A stretch of DNA of 64,000 bases from Caldisericia bacterium (GTDB lineage Bacteria > Caldisericota > Caldisericia > JAAYUI01): assembly GCA_963674785.1 (NCBI GenBank), contig OY771555.1, positions 736,001 through 800,000 on the forward strand. Reading direction: 5' to 3'. Below the pieces are notes generated by a model that was not told the DNA's origin, made no database searches, and saw only the letters and a list, made by a program, of their open reading frames with translations. Both the position numbers and the translations under genes were made by a program. Positions 31,301 through 42,500 of this stretch are shown in pieces; position 1 is the first letter of the stretch, and each line of letters opens with the position of its first letter.

Positions 31301-34300
31301 AGAGTTTATCTTGCAAACACAATCTATGACTATAATTCAGTGATTTCTGGTTGGTCATTCGATGTTGATTCTCATCCAACATTCCATCCACCATACTTTG
31401 TCTATGATGATTCACCTGGAATCGACTATTGTGGTACATTCACAGTAGACGTACAGCCAGCTGACATCATGAACTTTGGTGAGTTCAATCTTGTTGACCA
31501 TGCTCTCCAGTTCTCAGAGACCGATTATACCGCAGGAGCGGAACCACTTGCTCCAATGGATAGACCATCACCACAGATCAGACATTGGTACAACCCAATC
31601 TGTGGAAACTACAAAGAAGACATGAGAGCCTATCCAGGTGGACAGTCACATACCGCAAGAGCAGTTGGTTCAGAGCGTGAAGGTGGATTCAATGCTTATC
31701 CAGCAATCAACTCCGAACTCTTTAACAAGCTTGGAACAGAATTCTATCCATTTACAGACTATGGATTCTACTTCACCCTCGTTTCCCCAACTTCAGTTGG
31801 AAATGGAAATGATATTATGAGCTACACTGATTGGGATCAGTACACATTCGACCCATATGGAACAATTGCAAGATCATACCCAGCACTCAACTTCAGACTT
31901 GTCGAATCGATTGAGGTAACTGGACCATTTATGACTCCTGCACATTATTACAGACCAAATATTATTGGTGCAACCTCAAGTAATGCCGGTTACATTGAAG
32001 AAAGACTCGTCAGTGAGTACAATTACAATGGTGTTGATAATGTACCAATAAGATACGACAGATCTGGCTACATTAAGATCGACAGAAGAAATTCACAGTA
32101 CTACGAAATCATGAATAATCAGGACTTCACAAATGTTGTGAGTCCAGGCTTCAGAGATGACTGGCATTCAGCACTTGGAGATCCACTTCCAACAAACAGA
32201 TACCTTGAAAGATCAAGAGACCTTGTTTACAGAAGCACAACTCCAGCGATCTATCACAGCTATCCAGGCGTCTACAATAACTATGTTTATGCAATCGATG
32301 AGATTATTCCAATCCAGCCTGGTAACATCGAAATCAAGGTTACCCTTGCTGATGGAACTGTAAAAATCTTCCAGGATTGCTGTACAAAACCAATCTCAGA
32401 TGGAGTTGATGTACACGCACTCGGAATCACACTCGATAATGCCGATGTTGAAGAGCGCGGTGGAATCTTTGTTGATGACACAATCACTCTTGATGTAAGA
32501 GTTACAGAAGACGAAAAACCAACAACTGGTGCAAGTGGATTCAACGAATGGGAATTCAGAGAGTGTAACGATGCATTAGTCTTTGCATGGCAGGATACAG
32601 GATACTTCGATCCACAGCAGAGTGTATGGATCGGTGCAGGTGATGGTTGGGTAACCAATCCACCAAAGAACTCCAATGTTTACCAGCAGGGAACACAGTA
32701 CTTGCCAGATGACGACTTCGATGGTGACGGTAAAGTATCATATGCCTCACACGAGACCGAAATCCTTGGTTCATATGATATCGCAACAAATACATGGACA
32801 GGCGCATTTATCGATGCAAGAACCTTCCATAGAAATGATGGACTCTATAAACTTGAAGTAGCTCCAGACAGAGTCGGATTTGACTTTGGTGGATTCGGAC
32901 CTACAGGTGATCCATTACCACCAGGTTACAGAGATCACGTAATCGGATTCGATGAAACACTTCCAGTTTGGATTGTTGCCTACAAGTATGGTGATGATAG
33001 TGGCGACAGATCATTCAGACCACTCTTTGATTCACTTCCAGATTCAGTTGGTTCAATGAGCCACGAGGTTTATCTTGCTGGAACAAGAGGATTTGAGGTA
33101 TTCCCACAGGAAGATCTCAACATGACCTACGGTCCAGAGCCACTTACAGCTGGTATGACTCCAGAGCTCCAGAATCCAGAAAGCCCACTTTACTTCACGT
33201 TCACCGATGATAGTGGAGAGCCAGTTGACTTTAGCAAAGGTGTCGAAGATGCTTGGGGCAATGCTGCCGTAATCGATAGAGATATCGCAATGCACTGTTT
33301 TGTCGACCCACATCTTGATAACGAGTACTACTACGGAATGGGTGCAAAACTTCCACAGTACTACTGGACAAGAACTGACCTTCACAACTTTGACGGTACA
33401 CCAATCTGTAACTCAATGATGTACTCACAGCCAAATGATCCGTTCACACCAATCACATTCGAGGTTGTAAGAGATTCGAACGGTGATCCAACTGGTAGAT
33501 ACAACTTCCTTGGATTCACTGCAAATGACCAGGGTGAGTTTGAAGTCTATGGTTACACACCAGATAGAAAGCACAGAGCAAAAGCAACCGTTAAGATTGT
33601 CCAGCCAAAAGTCAACTACATATTCGAAAACGAGAAGGGTGATACCTTTGAGCAGAATGATGATGCTGACTTCATGATGACAGCAAACGATGCACGTCTC
33701 TACAAGATCACAGCGAAGTGCTGGGATGGTCAGGGCGCACTCATTAAGGGTGTTGCAAAAGAAGTTTCAGTATGTTCAGGTTCAGGATCTGATACAGCAA
33801 GATTCACACCATATATCACAAGACCACAGAACTGGGACTTCCAGCTAGCCGACAATGATTATAACATGCTCACTTTCGGAACTGCTCAGTACGGATTCGG
33901 AACTGACCTTATCAGAGGACGTTACGACAAGCTCTTCCTCATCGATGAAGGAAATAGATACTATCCATTCCTTGGTATTGATATCACAAATGATGGTATC
34001 ATTGACCCAATGAACTCAATGAACTCAGAGATCTTTAGGTTCACTGCTATGAGACCATATATGCAGGCTTACTATATCCTCGCAGATACTTGGTATTACA
34101 CAAACTGGGCAGATCCATGGGTACATTTCAATACAACAAACACAAGATACGATGATTTCAGCTATGTAACTGAAGATTCATGGGATGTCATTCCATACAA
34201 TAACGCTGGTTGGGGATGGGGTTCTATCTACAACAACCCATACGAAGGTTCATACATCTTCGCAGACTTCGACCTTGACGGAACACTTACATTCGCAGAC

Positions 34301-36361
34301 TCACTTTCATTCAATGAAAATGGTGAAGTAAACTTCTACTTCTGGGCAGATGACATTACCAAGATCGGTGGATTGATTGGAAACAACAACCTCAGTAATG
34401 ACAGAGACTTCTCAGATGTTATCGGTTATCCAGGTTGGTATGGAAAATATGATCCTAACTACATGTACTACAGATATATTGCCAGAAAATCATACAGAGG
34501 ATTCTGGTATGGAACCATGGATCACACATTCAAACTTGACTGGGAAGCAATTCCAGACAGAAATGCATGCTCAGCCGCACCAAATGTGACACTCTATGAC
34601 CCAGAGACTGGCGAAGAAATGGATACCGGACTTCTTGAGGGTGAAGCTGATGAAAACCAGGAAGGTTTGATCCAGGAAGGTACTGATAAAGAGGTCATGA
34701 ACAGACTCTTTGGTCAGTTCGGATATATCGATAGATTGATTGATGAAGAAGAGTATGACTTCACATATGCAGTAAGAAATCATTTCGTTGTCAAAGTAAG
34801 CCCAGCAACCGAAGGTGACCTTGGTGTCTGTGGTTCTAGAGAAAGAAATGAATGGCTTGCCGAACAGGGTGAGGAAATGGAACAGGGATCCATCCTTACT
34901 CTTTCAGCCACCTCTCTCCTGTTTACAGGAAACAAGTATGAATCATCGATTAAGGGTAAACTCGGTGTTTCGGACGAGAGTGACACTGCTGAAACCATTA
35001 TGTACTGGACACCAACTGGAACTGGTAACAACGTTGCCACCTTGAGTCTTTCAAGGGAGTACAATTGGGGCATGAGAATGCACAGTAACGCTGATGTAAT
35101 AGGTTACGAATATGACTCACCTCTGTATATCGATGGCCTTGAATGGCTTGATGTTGTGACCGGTCTTGAAGTTACAGCGACACCATACAATGGAATTCTC
35201 AAGCTTGGTCAGCCAGACTCAGTTGTTGTAGTAGTAAAAGAAGCTTCAACAGAATATCTTGTTGAAGGTGCAAAAGTTACATTCAAATCAGAAGACGGTG
35301 AGATTGATCTTTCTGCAACAACAAATGCCATTGGTGAAGCACTCTTCCAGAATGTTACACCAACATCACAGTCAAAGATCATTATTGATGCAACTGCAGA
35401 AGGTTACACATCTGGTGACTCAGTACTCTATGTTGACCTCGACCTCACACCACCATCAATTGATGTTGATGACTTCGATTCAATCACAAATAGATCTTCA
35501 ATGACCCTTACAGGTACTGTTAGCAAGGGCGCAAAACTCGATGTTTCTAAGAAGGATGCAAAAGTCGGAGCAGATGGAAAATGGGAATCACAGGTAACAC
35601 TCACAGAAGGTGAAAACCTCATTACACTCCATGCTGTTGGTTCAAATGGTGTTGAGGCCGCAATGACAGTCATCATCAACCTTGATACAACAAAACCAAA
35701 CATCCTCCTCCCAACACAGGCTGATATTGATACCTTTGGTCTTATGGGTGACACCGATGAACTCTGGATTACAGGTAGAGTAACACCTGGCTCAAAGGTT
35801 GAAGTAACAGTTGACCAGGATGGAGACCAGAGAACAGTTCCAGTAACCGTTGCAAACGATACTTGGAAAACAGATTGGTTTGAAGTTAAAGCTGGTTCAG
35901 AGCTTACAGTAAGCGTCAAAGCAACTGATGCTGCCGGTAACGAGGGTTCCGAAATGGGAACCTACACAATCGTCAAGAAACTTGTTGTTGAGCTTGGACT
36001 CAGAAACAGCATTCCAGTAATCAACGGAAACCCAGGAAATGTAATCCAGCCACCAGAACTCGATGCACAGAACAACATCATGGTTCCAATCAAAGACCTT
36101 GAAGATCTCTTTGATGGTATGGCAGTGAACCCAGTGGGTAATGCTCTAACAGTTAGCTACAACGGACTTTCAGCTGAAGCAACTGTTGGAAGTACAAACT
36201 TTACAATCAATGGAAACTCTGCAACATTTGCAGCACCAATAATGACCGGAAGCAAGATTATGGTTCCAATTGCCTTCCTCCAGCAGGTACTTGAACTTTC
36301 AGGCGCAGATGTATCGGTAGATGTCTCCGGTACCACAATTACAATCACCATCATCGGCTGA
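25331..36361 (+). CDS. Giant secreted surface protein, paralog 3 (3676 aa), with a large Tyr/Gly-rich insert and a NIDO-like insert
   Basis: Start moved to the ATG at 25331 after SD AAGGAGAGG; signal peptide; shared core motifs; LPFDFPLYNTVF...LYVSTNGYIGF; C-terminal Ig-like and stalk domains. Confidence 0.9.
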   Translation: MKRVLSLLVATMMIIGMFAGTFIGAESVKAVDDSKVKDVTMIVAKFNRVGYDRYGRPLNNGRDTEYEGVIVNSSTGRFTVDPSYTGYPTYDALDGTFFPWQNEGEDLWGSPQYMMPNCIDAIQNPGSGSITAAVNQQSDASWAVLPYLYAEVYLTVKAEGGESQLYDKRYIVMDELGQLWIDPDGRFHDCRYWEPANPESVYYRSSTVYSGDGSIDWNDCDTNPKMIVDPSGDNNTQGPYIMNPAYNPNDMEYPVPKYHERVHYWWYDEEKEIDRVWQLGIADQTDYLRKDAVCADGYHSSWGVVGGPNGVTPNGYYPGKPVIWNTVISDDDTIRWCPNDANILGNDWDVGLALTNFSGGEYLIDVDGNGTYTYGEPIFSDIDGNLMFNDLDLRLTAWTIVWGGQSFNFRKNTLVGLTDEDYQWQLANNYAIIDLSTLPTVKHSASGGTSFYDQVYDDADGDDMVSLNDIRLTHINGRVTGMGTTCGGFFTGDAIIMLETLKTSCSYEYNIHVESDLWQVMQEDTYEYVEMYPSMTAAQFTSPNGDIVRMSQLVNKATALDVNGSNFYVPTTTFYNVALKYREYIGLQLFLDNGVDNNRAEGGDCFQLSLSDDHTNFEAGELFIGCQDVETAMDYDLDLTEFNEEFLYFETSYDMTNPPAVLDGVQYGCGEPFYRDIKKLPLNPAIPFQPDPFDAGFNPGVVNQGDQRMIDIEVYSDVATGDAGTMITYPAGSFVVAGDLDVGRPIIKMDPGLAYFDESNGCNPPNARYDVGELIYFDPALAAGARAIQMVAWDDIGPHPYGIEDFDPSPYTDPVSGLPVNRWDTVRHGGNTQARLYPGTNNNGGGSYGMSGWMGGVVPGAGMNWYYHQRGGLSRNAPNTYPTRPVIHNAGVSTNNTYCYYVYYPWGYEYGYEYLRTYHTQCGDLLALQNVNFLGDWRLRIWEDTEYYMSSLYTWLGYGPLSCGPSTYNGRRYAYEYFTSSHSSALVWYRGLDSEGNDVCTNAGGIWDNYQFNYDVMCNNRSMYTSSSYPKIIGMGCVYMDHVGNGYGQEYFHSPYAQTTYGWNSGTDMSAMHFLRWEGATHPDTGGPYSRAYSIAMFNAPLSGDLMTYDTEHEVQTTVFSGLWTINAEFWPEEIQVNLSGAPNTFGSIGFNHETSMNYYSYYYVGYDAYFDNARAYHIELIPSAGDRRRLLQGGHHIGMNDYVYRLDDAGEYNTSSATASNLKPFSYFYPCGTKLAAGEIYDVKSKVSMVSMGKCGDPRFMDIPVLPGEVDLNVSIDGVPQDPDAKWHLKVEQTSDIQVSVDPPPQPGEKYVVKLNGVYQEGIPAKEAYTDYIQTRETNTFTEYCTGLVPEYAIDKDSDYSGTGWLDDTYVTSLSLPFDFPLYNTVFPAGNPLYVSTNGYIGFHESNTMGSIPSTYSWIGWYYNNDYRDFTLVPLGNDQNLYYSPSQGNDNPDLQIFYCQPSADEVRIRWQTHEYSPGPSAVSPPTLNFACSIKSDGTIRFMYGDCAGGYQYRTAVCGIAGDISGSTNHDEYQEGYYDGLTNPAFDYLDDLVFTRFEFPADPGRAGGGTVDDNYIISENVETAHSDAIGGARYKVVEITPEERVQHITYTPYRGSVQEDGSCDPLRIEVFLERGGVSYPVPVDSVLSGVREERPLEEYEDQEIGLYNYNIYDPYWVVRPWTIKMYEGRYIGDHTPRPVASTSGLISSTCALDHQYDCYGRFDLMVEPEWIDIKYAGTGNTCISPVDQRFPNLILTVWDADNPLDVNDPEAIPFSTIGLQSGIRGKMVANVNAHGAGIKYLCTAQSPDDDTAKYIIQVNDDGSYTFWRWYEPAEDRPGAAWGALDPTDWLYSGRTYFNGIYGDIGSTFTATRQPWTDTDGWLQAFTGNGNLTTELDDYDCSIDKGICDVCHLGAGFPNLGDITIEDRMGRFNNSVYDREPPFFQGYSGARFGRIVSFGIPTMVTNWDNTSDGGEIYIPIQPKNTSTDLQIRVYLANTIYDYNSVISGWSFDVDSHPTFHPPYFVYDDSPGIDYCGTFTVDVQPADIMNFGEFNLVDHALQFSETDYTAGAEPLAPMDRPSPQIRHWYNPICGNYKEDMRAYPGGQSHTARAVGSEREGGFNAYPAINSELFNKLGTEFYPFTDYGFYFTLVSPTSVGNGNDIMSYTDWDQYTFDPYGTIARSYPALNFRLVESIEVTGPFMTPAHYYRPNIIGATSSNAGYIEERLVSEYNYNGVDNVPIRYDRSGYIKIDRRNSQYYEIMNNQDFTNVVSPGFRDDWHSALGDPLPTNRYLERSRDLVYRSTTPAIYHSYPGVYNNYVYAIDEIIPIQPGNIEIKVTLADGTVKIFQDCCTKPISDGVDVHALGITLDNADVEERGGIFVDDTITLDVRVTEDEKPTTGASGFNEWEFRECNDALVFAWQDTGYFDPQQSVWIGAGDGWVTNPPKNSNVYQQGTQYLPDDDFDGDGKVSYASHETEILGSYDIATNTWTGAFIDARTFHRNDGLYKLEVAPDRVGFDFGGFGPTGDPLPPGYRDHVIGFDETLPVWIVAYKYGDDSGDRSFRPLFDSLPDSVGSMSHEVYLAGTRGFEVFPQEDLNMTYGPEPLTAGMTPELQNPESPLYFTFTDDSGEPVDFSKGVEDAWGNAAVIDRDIAMHCFVDPHLDNEYYYGMGAKLPQYYWTRTDLHNFDGTPICNSMMYSQPNDPFTPITFEVVRDSNGDPTGRYNFLGFTANDQGEFEVYGYTPDRKHRAKATVKIVQPKVNYIFENEKGDTFEQNDDADFMMTANDARLYKITAKCWDGQGALIKGVAKEVSVCSGSGSDTARFTPYITRPQNWDFQLADNDYNMLTFGTAQYGFGTDLIRGRYDKLFLIDEGNRYYPFLGIDITNDGIIDPMNSMNSEIFRFTAMRPYMQAYYILADTWYYTNWADPWVHFNTTNTRYDDFSYVTEDSWDVIPYNNAGWGWGSIYNNPYEGSYIFADFDLDGTLTFADSLSFNENGEVNFYFWADDITKIGGLIGNNNLSNDRDFSDVIGYPGWYGKYDPNYMYYRYIARKSYRGFWYGTMDHTFKLDWEAIPDRNACSAAPNVTLYDPETGEEMDTGLLEGEADENQEGLIQEGTDKEVMNRLFGQFGYIDRLIDEEEYDFTYAVRNHFVVKVSPATEGDLGVCGSRERNEWLAEQGEEMEQGSILTLSATSLLFTGNKYESSIKGKLGVSDESDTAETIMYWTPTGTGNNVATLSLSREYNWGMRMHSNADVIGYEYDSPLYIDGLEWLDVVTGLEVTATPYNGILKLGQPDSVVVVVKEASTEYLVEGAKVTFKSEDGEIDLSATTNAIGEALFQNVTPTSQSKIIIDATAEGYTSGDSVLYVDLDLTPPSIDVDDFDSITNRSSMTLTGTVSKGAKLDVSKKDAKVGADGKWESQVTLTEGENLITLHAVGSNGVEAAMTVIINLDTTKPNILLPTQADIDTFGLMGDTDELWITGRVTPGSKVEVTVDQDGDQRTVPVTVANDTWKTDWFEVKAGSELTVSVKATDAAGNEGSEMGTYTIVKKLVVELGLRNSIPVINGNPGNVIQPPELDAQNNIMVPIKDLEDLFDGMAVNPVGNALTVSYNGLSAEATVGSTNFTINGNSATFAAPIMTGSKIMVPIAFLQQVLELSGADVSVDVSGTTITITIIG

Positions 36362-36383
36362 TTGTAGTAGATAGGATTGAAAA

Positions 36384-36439
36384 TTATCACTCTGACCCCA
36401 AATGGGGTCAGAGTGCGAGAGAAAAAAAGATTGATTTAT
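36384..36439 (+). promoter_or_regulatory. Conserved junction element copy 3: TTAT, 12-bp hairpin, CGAGAGAAAAAAAGATTGATTTAT
   Basis: Stem CACTCTGACCCC/GGGGTCAGAGTG (36388-36415), no U-tract, same flanks as copies 1 and 2. Confidence 0.75.
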
Positions 36440-36552
36440 TTGATTATGAATTATGATTGGTTACGCGAAACTAGAAGGAACGTTAGATCGCGGTTTCGAT
36501 CACTCCCAGGGGGGAGAGTCGTGAACCTTCAATTAGGTGAAGGAGAGAGCAA

Positions 36553-39500
36553 ATGAGAAAAGTAATAACTACTCTGCTTAGTTTGGCACTAGTTATGGGG
36601 ATGCTCGTTAGTATTCCGTTACTAACTCCCAAGGACACAGAAGCAAAGAATGGTAACCAGCCTGCAACAATGGTTGCAAACAGGTTCCATCGTATCGGTT
36701 TTGACCGTTACGGACGTGAGTTGCCAGATGGAAAGCAGGTCCCATGGCAGAAGGTAGGAGAAATCTGGTGGGGAAGAGAAGGATTCCCAATGCCATTCGC
36801 ATTAAGAGCGGTTGACAATCCACCAAACTCCATTCCACTTCCGCCAGCCACAGCGTCATACGCAACAATCGCAACACCCGCAAGTGGCGACATTAACTCA
36901 CTTACTGGCAGACTTGATGATGAAGCCTTACCATCATCAATCGCCCAGATCCAGGACTTCGGTCTCTGGTCAGAAGTGTGGTTAACTGTTGATGTCACAA
37001 GTGGTGAAGATGCAGCCAGTGGAAATGGACTTACTACTTATAAACATCACTGGTATGTTATCCTCGATGAACACGGACAGCTTTGGTTTGATACCGATGG
37101 TCGATTCAACGACTGCCGTTATTATGGGTATGCAGACCCTTATGATGTGAATTATCAGCTTGACCCACATGATTACACACATGATAACTGCACAGATAAC
37201 CCAAGAGCACTTGTCGACCCAATCGTCTCAAACAACACACAGGGACCATACATTCTTGACCCAGACTACAATCCATTCTCAAACTCAGCTGCAAATGATC
37301 TTGGTTTCCAGTTCTATAGTCTCAGTTATGACCTTGCAAACCAGGCAGCTCCTGTTTATGAATCAAGGATTTATTTCTGGGATGCTGACAAGACCGGTTA
37401 CAACACAAAGAGACTCTGGAAACTCGGTTATGCTGATATGACAGATTACCTTGCAGAAAGAGCACTTGGACCAGCTGGTGCAGTTTGTTCTGGTATCGTC
37501 TACGAAGAAGGTCCAGATCCAGATACCCTCTCAGCACTTCAAGAAAATCTCTATAAGGGGTATGAAGACTGGGACGTTTCGCTCGGTCTTGAGAGATTCC
37601 CAGTAAACCCCAATGGCACCTTCATGGACACAGGCACAGTCCTTCATGCTGAGAACGTCACAGATGCTGCATCATATCCAGATTCTATGACATCCTTCAA
37701 CATGCAGACACCTGTTGCATACAACTTTGGTGAGTTTATCTACAGAAAAGCCGGTGCACAGTCCTATTACCCAATCCCTGCTGATGTTGCAACTGCACCT
37801 TGCTCATTTGTAGACGGCGGCGATGTCAGACTCTCAGATGTTGTTGTCACAAGAAATGGATATATCCAGACTTATCCAGAAGATACAGCAGTATTTGACG
37901 CTGGTGTTATAGCTGTTTGGGATCCAGGTGATGACTATGATGTAGGTACATCACTTTGGACATTTGCAAACCCAGCAACTTCACCAACTTTCACCGAATA
38001 TGAATACTACCATAACCAGAGAGTTGCCGGTGTTGTTAACCCAACCCCTCCAGTTGTAACCTCAAGCTATGACCCAGGTGAATTCATCTACAGAAAAGGC
38101 AATGGAAGCAGTGAAAGATTTGTTGAGGCCGGAGACTTCAGACTTACAAACGTCAGAGGTTGGCAGACAGATGACTTCATGCAGCATGATGCTGACAGAC
38201 CATACCTTATCTTTGATACTGATGGACTTACACGTGCTGGTATCATCGATGGTGACCTTCTTCTTATGGCTGAGGTTATCAATGGTGGTTGCCTTTCACC
38301 ATATTACAACATCGCAGTTCAGACAGATGCCTGGATTGGATGGCGTGATAATGGTATGTGGATGCCTGTCGATATTGGCTACACAGCAGCAGGAATCAGA
38401 TCACAGTTTGATACAACAATCAATCACTATAACAGAGTCCAGAAGAATGCAATGCTCTCATCAAAGAGCGAAGGCTTCTTTGTACCATCAACAGTTTTCC
38501 ATGATGTAAAACTTGAAGAGAGACAGTTTACTGGTTGGTCAATCTGGCTTGATGATGGTGTTGATAACAACATTGGTAGCTATAACTACCAGGCTCTTGC
38601 AAATCCAAATATGCCTGTCCGTGATACAATCGCTGCAGCATCACTCAACCTTTCAAACGATCTTGAAGACAAGTTCTTTGTTGAGCAGACCGTTGGTGGT
38701 GAGTCTCTTGAAAAATGGGACTTCGATTATGGTCGTGGATCAGCGATGGATGACTTTGGTGAGCTTGTTGCATTTACAGATTCCAAAGTAACAAGTGTGC
38801 CAACAGATGTTAACGCAGGTCCTCCATATATGTTCTTTGATGCCGGTGGCGAAGGAATTTTCGGCTGCAACGAGCATATCTACAGAGATATGGATAGATC
38901 CGGCGACATCACAGTTGGCGACCTTAGGCTTACAAATGTCACAACTTTCAGAAACCAGGGTACAGGAACAAACTCAGGTGCAATGATTGCTTATCCAGCA
39001 GGTTCAAAAGTTGGTGCCGGTGATCTCGATGTTGGTGAGATTCTCACTGCATTCCCTGCAGTTTCCGCTCCTGAAGTTTTCTGTTTCTATGATGTTGCAC
39101 ATCCAGCATCAGGTATCCCAAGAAACTACGAGTATGACCCAGGCGAAGACATCTATCTCCAGCCATCAGACGGTGCCGGAAGTTATATAACAGAAGTTGA
39201 TTATCGTTCAGTTCGTGCAACAGAAGTTGACATCCAGGGAAAAGTTTATCCTTGTGGTACACCTGTTTCTCTCTCGCAGGCACTTTATGTTGAAAACGAA
39301 GTCAACATGATTTCAATGGGACATAACGGTCTTTCTAACTTCATGGATATGGAAGTTATCCCTGGAGATATCCAGGTTAAGGTTGAAGTTGACCAGGAAT
39401 TCATGGTTGAGCAGACCTCACACGTTAAAGTTGAAGTTACACCTGCCCCAGACGATCCTGATGACAAATATCATGTTCTCCTTGAGAACGTTCCAAGATC

Positions 39501-42500
39501 GTCATTCAACAATATCGCAGAAACTGTAAGAACAATCGACATGGCACATCCAGAAGCTCACTTTGAAATTACACCATACAGAGGCTCATGTGACCTTACA
39601 GGTTTCGTGCAAGATAGAAAGATTTATGTCCACGTAATCAAAGAAGAGAGCGATCTTAACGCATATAGCGGTCTTCTCATGCTTCCACGTGACGGTGAAT
39701 ACTATGATCCGTTCTGGAAGACAGTTTATAGAGACCCAGAACACCGTGCCTATGCAAACTATGCAAGATACGTCTTTGATCCTGTGACGGATCCAAGATA
39801 TGAGCTTTATGGAGTTCACTACAGAGAACTTTCAAACTCATATGACTGTTATGGAAAATGGGAATCAACAATCCAGCCAGAAGACCTTGACATTACTGCA
39901 AACAGAAAATGTCTCACCGTTCTTGAGCAGAGATTCCCGAACCTTATTCTCACACTCACAAACCACGATAACGAGAATGACGTAAATGACCCTGCAGGTA
40001 TCAGGTTTGCAACACAGTCAATCGCTGACAGACCACATCGTGTTAACTACAACGCACGTGGTGCTGGTGTCAAGTTCCTCTTCACAGCAAACAACATTGA
40101 TTTCACAAAGAAATACATTGTCCAGGTTAATGATGATGATACATTCATCTGCTGGGAGTGGGATGACTATGAACCACTTAACATGCTCTCACCACTCGAT
40201 GTTCTTATGTTCAGAGACATTACTCCTGATCAGACTTGGGGCAACGTGCCTTACTCAGTACCAACATCATTTGGTACAAGCGTAACACCTGACCCACGTT
40301 ATGGTCGTGGAACTACAGGTCAGGCACCAAGACTTCCAGTTGATGCAGAACCAGAATCAGAAGCTGAGAAGTGCTCAGTGACTGATGTTGACTGTTCTGG
40401 AAAACAGGCTACATGTGACCTTTGCGGAATCGGTGGCGGAGAAGTCGAAGACTTTATCCCAACCGGTGCTATCACTCTTAATGACACATATGGCAACAGC
40501 TATATTGAGTTCATCATCCAGACCTTCGGTGTCCCAGCAATGGTTACCGATTATGGATACCTTTCAACAACTGATCCTGGTGGACAAATGGTTTGTGCAG
40601 TTCTTCCAAGAAATGCAAAAACACCTCTTCATATCAGAGTTACAGCAGAACAAACAATCTTCAACTTCAACAGTGTAGACGGACAGCTTTGGCCACCAAA
40701 TGGACCATCATTCCTCAACGACTACACCGGTGGTGTTGACTATTGCGGAACCATCAGCTTTGATATCACACCTCCAGATCCATACGTAAACTTTGCTGAG
40801 CTTACAATGGTTGACCACGCACTACAGTATTCACAGGCCAACTACACAGCTGGTTCAGATTCAGATGGATACCACACAAATCCAACCTCACCTCTTGGAG
40901 TACCTGCACCTCAGATTCAGATTCCATACAACCCAATTATCACAGACCTTACAGAAGAAGTCATCTGTTATCCTGGTGGACAGACACATCCATTTAGACT
41001 TGATGGACCAAATTCCAATAGAAGATCTGGTTGGAATGCATATCCAGCAATCAACAGTGAATATTACAATGGAACAAGCAAATCTCAGTTTGTAAAACTT
41101 GGAACAGAGTTCTTCCCACTTACAGACTACGGATTATTCTTCATCCTCAAAAACCAGCGTGGTGAGCATCTTTCATTTGCTCCAGTAAGTCACTGGATCC
41201 AGGATGAGAATGGTAACTATCCAACAAGATATGACCTTCAGCTTAAGAGAGTCCTCATTGAAGGACCATTCATGAGACCAAAATTCATGAATGCTGAAGA
41301 TACAAACTTCCTCCTCAACAACCATTATAACGGCACAGAATATCTTCCAATCTCATACGACTACAGTGGAAGAATTGAGATTTCAGAAGAAAATGCTGCT
41401 TCATTCATCGCAAATTCACTTAGCTATCATGGTGGAGATTTTGCAAACTGCACACAGCCATATATGACTGATTCTGACCCAGTTAGAAACCAGCTTGTTT
41501 ATCCAGATGATACAAACATCCCAGAGAACGACTATCTCAGACTTCTCGATCGCTCACTCGACTACACTGCAAACCACTTTGCAAACATCGGTGGTAGACC
41601 AGGTGGTGCAAATGATGTATTTGCAATCGATGAAATCATCCCAATCAACTATGGTAACATCTCAATTACCGTTGAGCTTCATGATGGAACAAGAAAGATT
41701 TATCAGGATTGCTGTGTCAAGCCTCCAGTAGATGGTATTGACGTACATGGTCTTGATATCAAGGGTGCACCATCAGAGATCAAGGTTGACCAGGATAACG
41801 TAGTTGAAATTGAACTCTTCGAGTACAACGATATTCAGGTAGTTAACGAATGTAATAATGCACTTGTATTCTGCTGGCAGGATAGAGGTATCAAGCAGAT
41901 CGGTGCAGACATGAGATTTGGTATCGGTGATGGTTGGATCACAAACCCACCAAGAAACAGCAACAAACAGAATCTTGGTTGGCAGTTCCTTCCTGCAGAT
42001 GACTTAAACGGTGACAGCAAGATTTCATTCAATGATTTCGAGACCGAAATCCTTGGAACATATGATATGGTTACCAACACATGGAGTGCAGGAATTATTG
42101 ATGCAAGAACCTACCAGAGAAATGATGGTCAGTATAAGTTTGAACTCACTCAGGACAACGGCTGTATCGTAGATGAAATCGGATTCGACTTCGGTGGCGG
42201 TGATGCATCTGGCGGAAGATTTACATTGCCAGATCATATCATTTCACAGAATGAAGAGCTTCCAATTTGGATCACAGCTTACAAGTATGGTGACGACAAT
42301 AACGATAGAAGCTTCCAGCCATACTATGAGATCCCACCAGAATCATTCTTCGGAAAAGCTGGCTTCTCACATGAAGTTTATCTTGCAGCGACTGCAGCAA
42401 TTACAGTTACTGGTGAAGATGACCTTGTTGTTGAAACAATTCCAACAGTACTTACTGCTGGTGTAACACCAGAGTATGTTGACCCAGATGAACCATTCAC

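Noticed and set aside
14340-36415. Junction hairpins as rho-independent terminators
   Set aside because: None is followed by a U-tract on either strand; they are followed by a conserved purine-rich motif, so they are reported as a separate element.
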